Part shown: positions 36,769 through 41,575 of the stretch, piece by piece | How the letters are laid out: the number at the start of each line of letters is the position of its first letter | How positions within the stretch are numbered: the first letter of the stretch is position 1 | Sequence record: SRR33789315_40 | DNA length: 41,575 bases | Strand: one strand, 5' to 3' | Position numbers and translations under genes: made by a program | The notes under the pieces: model-generated | Databases searched by the model: none | Told to the model about the DNA's origin: nothing | What the model saw: only the letters and a program-made list of their open reading frames with translations

Positions 36769-39384
36769 TTAGCGTGAAAGCAATTTAACCTCAGCAATTT
36801 CAATTGCATGCCAATCTTGTTGCTCCTTTTTAGCATAATTTTGCCCTAAAAAGGAAAACTGTAAACCTTGTAGCTCAGATAATTGCTTACTTAATTCACT
36901 CAACTGAGCAGCATTGTTAGCCGAAATGGTTGAAGGCATAAACATGGGGTAACTTTGTGGTAATAGCGTATCAACTGGACGAAAAGCTGACAGCGGAACC
37001 ACAAGATATTGCCATTGTGGACTGACCAGCAACTCAGTACCTTGGGCTAAGCCATCATTGTTGATCAAGCTAAATTGCAGATGTTCATTTTTCTGTAGCG
37101 CCCGTATTTTTATGGCTACTGCATTATATTTATGTAAGTCACGTCCTAAAAATGCATTATCGGCTCCCAACGTTAAGCGTACTAAAGGCGTATTACCCGC
37201 GAACAGTGAGTCACTAGACAAATGCAAAGCTAAACCTTGACCTTGTTGCCCAATGACATACTCCCATTTTGAGTTGTCTTTACTTGGGTAAATCAAAACA
37301 TCTCGGTCAACCAAGGCATCAAATACGGTTACTGGCGCACCTGTTGGACGCAGTTCTGTTTGCCAATATTTGCGTGATGCCACAAAGTCCCACTCTGTTG
37401 GTGAGCCCGCATCATCTCCTGGAAAGGTCCTAGCTTTACCCTTTTCAGTCACAACAAAACCATATTCTAGCTGCCCAGTTTTAGACCAAGGCGTATTATT
37501 GACAGGCAAAATAAGTTGATAGGTGGTGCCACTGAGATGTTGCATAGCTAACATACTAAAGGATTGATCACCGCGATATCGAATGGCTAGTTCTACTTTC
37601 TCTGGTAAATTTTGACTCCCAACTTGCACCGTAAATTGCGGCTTGTCATCGATATTCATTTCTCGTTGGTTTTGGTGCCAGACGGCTAGGCTAGGTGCAA
37701 CTATAGGAGGCAACAAAAAGGTATTATCAAGCGTCGATATAGCACTTGAGGATGCTTCATGTTTGGACAAAAGATAAACTCCTGGCAACAATTTTATCTG
37801 CCTATCTGTAGCTTGCGCCGTTAATTTATTCCCCTCATTCAAACCTTTAATAAAGTAGCGTTTCCCCAAGTCCGGTAAGGTAATACTTAGATTTTGGCTA
37901 CGTGAATAAAGACGTGCCACCTCACGTTTTAAGCTACTCGGTTGATAAGGGTCCTGTATAGGTAAGACATCGGGGTATATTTCTAAACGCCAATTCTCTG
38001 CACTTATTTTATCCAAAAAGTAAGCACCGCTGCCTTGATATTCGACCACAACGGAGGAGCCGACACCGGCTATTTTTGTTAAATTTTTAGTATTTTGCGG
38101 CACCGTGTTTGTGCTGTTTGAATAATAAAACTGCTGGGGGCCATTAAATATACTTACATCTTGTTGATAATCCACACTGACTTGATTCTCACCCACAGTA
38201 AAAGAATTGCTGGCTGGATAATCAGCCTGTTTTTGCCCCCGAGCGCTTTGCCTAAATACCTCAGCGGCTATCAAAAAGCTAATCGCTTTGGCTGGGGTAT
38301 AAAGTAAATTTAAATAGTGGGTATTATAATCAGAATTAGTATCTGCAATTGCAGCAGGATCATAGGCAAATTGAGTGGCCCATTGAAAACCCGCTTCTCT
38401 AAAACTACGTGCCATGGCAGGATACATAACAGATTTTGCAGTATCGGCTGAGTCAAATTCATAAATCATCTTAGCCTTTGTTTGGCATTCAATGACATCA
38501 GCAAAAGGGTTGGTATAATGCGCCACACTGGGCAATAAATTAGAAGCAAGTTCTGTGTTTTTAACTAAACCTGTGGGATACCACTGGTAAGCTACCCCAT
38601 CAATGGAAGTTGAGCACAATCTACGCGCAAACTCGGTATTATTACCCTGCTCACTTATATTGTAAAAGAGTGGCTTGGTAATGCCCAACTCTCGTACTGC
38701 TTTAGCCAAGCCCTCAATATAACCTTCGTTATTTTTTAAGCTGTCTGCATGGCGTGGTTCGTTAAATAATTCTATAGCTAGAATATTGGGATCTTGGCCA
38801 TAAGTAAGCTGGTTATATGGATTCACATGGCTAAAAAACTGCGATAAATAGTTATATTGAGCAGCAATCGCTTCGGGGTTTTGATTCATCTGAGCTTTAC
38901 TATACAAAGATGAAAAACCTGGTTCATCTGGATCGGGCTCTGGATAACCACTGCCCCACCAAGCAATGGGCGTAATAATAACTCGAATACCTTGCTGTGC
39001 TAATTTGGCCAACAGGTAATCAAATAATTGCAAATGCTCGTTATTCAACAAATTACCTTGATGATCGCTGATTTGCCTATCCCAAATATGCACGCGATAG
39101 GCATCTAAACCTAAACGGGCGATATGCGCGACATCCATATCAATGGCCGCCTTGTGATCAATACCTCTCTTTTGTAAAGCGCGGTAACTATAGGCAAAAG
39201 GCACCGCATAATTAACACCAAAAAGAGACACTTCCTGGCCCTTTTTTGGGCCAGAGGTATAGCTTAATACACCATTAATCACTTGCGCATTGGCCGCAAC
39301 TTGCTTTTCTAAAGCAGTGCCATTGGCTACACTGGATAGCAAAGCTACAAATATCAATGCAAAACATATCACCGTCTTATTCAT
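36769..39384 (-). CDS. Exported clan GH-A glycoside hydrolase, probably GH147-like beta-galactosidase/galactan enzyme
   Basis: Signal peptide; FGVNY.VPFA, AYRVHIWD, ELFNEP (acid/base), YQWYP, IYEFD (nucleophile), C-terminal beta-sandwich; family recalled from Bacteroides homologues, not searched. Confidence 0.75.
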   Translation of the reverse strand: MNKTVICFALIFVALLSSVANGTALEKQVAANAQVINGVLSYTSGPKKGQEVSLFGVNYAVPFAYSYRALQKRGIDHKAAIDMDVAHIARLGLDAYRVHIWDRQISDHQGNLLNNEHLQLFDYLLAKLAQQGIRVIITPIAWWGSGYPEPDPDEPGFSSLYSKAQMNQNPEAIAAQYNYLSQFFSHVNPYNQLTYGQDPNILAIELFNEPRHADSLKNNEGYIEGLAKAVRELGITKPLFYNISEQGNNTEFARRLCSTSIDGVAYQWYPTGLVKNTELASNLLPSVAHYTNPFADVIECQTKAKMIYEFDSADTAKSVMYPAMARSFREAGFQWATQFAYDPAAIADTNSDYNTHYLNLLYTPAKAISFLIAAEVFRQSARGQKQADYPASNSFTVGENQVSVDYQQDVSIFNGPQQFYYSNSTNTVPQNTKNLTKIAGVGSSVVVEYQGSGAYFLDKISAENWRLEIYPDVLPIQDPYQPSSLKREVARLYSRSQNLSITLPDLGKRYFIKGLNEGNKLTAQATDRQIKLLPGVYLLSKHEASSSAISTLDNTFLLPPIVAPSLAVWHQNQREMNIDDKPQFTVQVGSQNLPEKVELAIRYRGDQSFSMLAMQHLSGTTYQLILPVNNTPWSKTGQLEYGFVVTEKGKARTFPGDDAGSPTEWDFVASRKYWQTELRPTGAPVTVFDALVDRDVLIYPSKDNSKWEYVIGQQGQGLALHLSSDSLFAGNTPLVRLTLGADNAFLGRDLHKYNAVAIKIRALQKNEHLQFSLINNDGLAQGTELLVSPQWQYLVVPLSAFRPVDTLLPQSYPMFMPSTISANNAAQLSELSKQLSELQGLQFSFLGQNYAKKEQQDWHAIEIAEVKLLSR

Positions 39385-39393
39385 TTATCCCCC

Positions 39394-41575
39394 TTATTGC
39401 GCCAAGACTAGCGCTGAACTTTTAAGAGCAAGTGCGCTTGAATAAGCCGAAATACTGGCTCCTTGCAAGGAACTCCCGACCCTAACTAATACCGCGGCAG
39501 TGCCCTGTTCAGTTAATGCCGTTTCAGGGTTAAGTACTTCAATATCACCCTTGACGGTAAATTCGATTGCCTGGTTATTTAATGGCACTTTGTTTCCAGC
39601 CGCGTCTTGTAATTCAGCATAAACAAATACAACATCATTTTGACCGACCACTGGCGCAATACCACTGGTATCGAGTATGAGTTTAATGTTAACAGCAGCA
39701 CTTGGCGTGCTTACTTTATCACTGGCAACTTGCTTGCCATCAATAAAAGCCTTTGCCACCAAGTCTCCTGCGCTGAAATGCTTAAGGTTAAATTCAAAGG
39801 GAGGATGCAACAAGTTTTCAGATAAGGCGTTTTTTGTTGGTTTTTGTCGAGCCACTAATTGACCATTTAACCATAGCTCTACCTCTTGAGCATTACTGAA
39901 TATTCGTACTTGTGTACTTGAATTTTTAGTCCATTCGCTTGCTATTTTGACCATCGGCCCTGAACTATATTGAGTTGATTGCAAACTGGGGTTACGCTGA
40001 CTTTGGAAAAAGTAGTAGCTGTATTTTGGTAGTCGATACAAACTCATGATCCCAGAGGCTTCTAAGTCATCAGCATAACCACGGTTATAATCAAACATCA
40101 CCCAATAGCCATCGGCATAAGCAGGAGTTTTAAGATTGTCATTGTGCGCTTCTTGAATATTACGCGCCTGTTGCAATAAACGCGCTTCGCCGCTACTTAA
40201 CAACTGTCGACTGGTACGCTCGTCTTCTTTTAGGTCGCCCCAGCTATCTTGATTTAGACCGGCATTTTGCGCGTAATATTCCCAGTCTCCGTATTCAGAA
40301 ACATTGTAAGGCACGGTGGGTGTTTCATAATGCTGCAAACGATGCTGACGAGCTTGCAAATACATGTCAAAGCCCATCTGCCAACCTGCTGAAAATGCCG
40401 TAGGATATTCTTGTTTTACCATGGCATCCAATTCTTTAATAAACGCTTCTGGCATCCAAGATTCATTCAACGAACATTCGAAAGCAAGAACGCTGGCATG
40501 ATTACGGTCACGACGCACTAAGTCACGACAGGTACGAATAATCTGAGCTTTAAATTCAGCGGTTTCATCATAATATTGCCAGCCTAATATGGCATCAATC
40601 AATACTAAGCCTAGCTCATCGGCGGCTTGCATAAAGGCAGGTGAATGTGGGTAGTGAGATAAGCGCACATAATCAAAACCGGCTGACTTAATTTTTACTG
40701 CATCACGATAATCTGCTTGCGGTGATACCGCATAGCCGACATGGGGGTATTCTTGATGGCGGTTGACGCCACGCAGAAAAAACACCTCACCATTAATCAA
40801 TAATTGATGCTGTTTGTTAAAAGTAAATTCGCGGATACCAATTTTACGACTTTGATTGTCGACCACTTGTCCTTCTCGCACAACCTTGGTGCTTAAGGTA
40901 TATAAATTGGGGTGATTGGGGTGCCACAAATTCGCTTGCTCGACAGTCAGAATTTGAGAAAACTGTTGCTCACTGTTGGCTGACAAAATCTGTTGTTGGG
41001 CATTTTCAGCTATCGTTTTACCTGCCAAACTAAGTTGTTGATGCACCGAAAAGACTTGCTCTGTGCCAGAATCATTCACAATATGAGTTTTAACTTGAAC
41101 CTCAGATTCACGCTCTGCGACTTTAGGGTAAGTCACAAATACTCCACCACTAGCTGCTTTGTTCGCCAACATTTCATCACTGATATAGAGGGGAGATTTA
41201 ATCACTAAACTCACGCCGCGATACAATCCGCCATACGTATTAAAATCTAATAATTTTAGAGGCTTAGGACCTATAACAGGATTGTCTTGGTTATTCAGTT
41301 TAACCAGTAATATATTATCTTTATCACCTAATAATTTGTCACTCAGATCAAAAGTAAAGGGTAAATAGCCACCCAAATGACGGCCTAATAACTCACCATT
41401 TAGCCACACTTGTGCATCACTCATGGCCGCTTCAAAACGCAAAAACACTTTTTTACCTTGCCACTGTGGCTGAGCGGTCATGGTTTTACGGTACCAAGCA
41501 ACACCTTGCCATTGGTTGTTAACCACCATAGGTTCAACTTGTGGTGTATGAGGAAGACTCACCGTTTGCCAATCT
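39394..41575 (-). CDS. GH2 glycoside hydrolase, probable beta-galactosidase (5' end outside window)
   Basis: WYRK, HLGGYLPF, YGGLYR, LRGVNRHQEYP, VRLSHYP, RDRNHASV..LNES, SEYG; frame stays open to the window edge (..DWQTVSLPH). Confidence 0.92.
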   Translation of the reverse strand, partial: DWQTVSLPHTPQVEPMVVNNQWQGVAWYRKTMTAQPQWQGKKVFLRFEAAMSDAQVWLNGELLGRHLGGYLPFTFDLSDKLLGDKDNILLVKLNNQDNPVIGPKPLKLLDFNTYGGLYRGVSLVIKSPLYISDEMLANKAASGGVFVTYPKVAERESEVQVKTHIVNDSGTEQVFSVHQQLSLAGKTIAENAQQQILSANSEQQFSQILTVEQANLWHPNHPNLYTLSTKVVREGQVVDNQSRKIGIREFTFNKQHQLLINGEVFFLRGVNRHQEYPHVGYAVSPQADYRDAVKIKSAGFDYVRLSHYPHSPAFMQAADELGLVLIDAILGWQYYDETAEFKAQIIRTCRDLVRRDRNHASVLAFECSLNESWMPEAFIKELDAMVKQEYPTAFSAGWQMGFDMYLQARQHRLQHYETPTVPYNVSEYGDWEYYAQNAGLNQDSWGDLKEDERTSRQLLSSGEARLLQQARNIQEAHNDNLKTPAYADGYWVMFDYNRGYADDLEASGIMSLYRLPKYSYYFFQSQRNPSLQSTQYSSGPMVKIASEWTKNSSTQVRIFSNAQEVELWLNGQLVARQKPTKNALSENLLHPPFEFNLKHFSAGDLVAKAFIDGKQVASDKVSTPSAAVNIKLILDTSGIAPVVGQNDVVFVYAELQDAAGNKVPLNNQAIEFTVKGDIEVLNPETALTEQGTAAVLVRVGSSLQGASISAYSSALALKSSALVLAQ

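Overview
AT-rich gammaproteobacterial chromosomal window, most consistent with an Alteromonadaceae member such as Paraglaciecola (inferred from gene content and order). The left half has a PHP phosphatase, a MarR/GNAT pair, a solute-binding-protein remnant, a cytosine deaminase and a membrane protein/XRE pair. It also has a rimK - AstE/AspA-like - RimB-like protease - GNAT/nitrilase operon, divergent from a decayed mgtE and speA, followed by a serine hydrolase, ada/alkA-ogt-EamA and a degenerate GGDEF protein. In the centre, glmU is separated from the DeoR regulator-glmS unit by an ECF sigma/FecR/TonB-dependent transducer module. The right half has an empty attTn7, an outer-membrane barrel + small periplasmic protein + diguanylate cyclase operon, ndh, a DUF294 nucleotidyltransferase/DEDDh exonuclease pair and the distal end of a probable galactan/galactoside utilisation locus (GH2, GH147-like, GPH transporter, LacI). 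No rRNA, tRNA, CRISPR array or intact mobile element was seen. The best candidates for undescribed biology are: (1) the barrel-periplasmic protein-DGC trans-envelope module; (2) the transducer carrying a second internal signal peptide, driven by twin divergent ECF promoters; (3) the RimK-centred acyl/glutamyl ligase-hydrolase operon. All family assignments come from reading motifs; no database searches were run.
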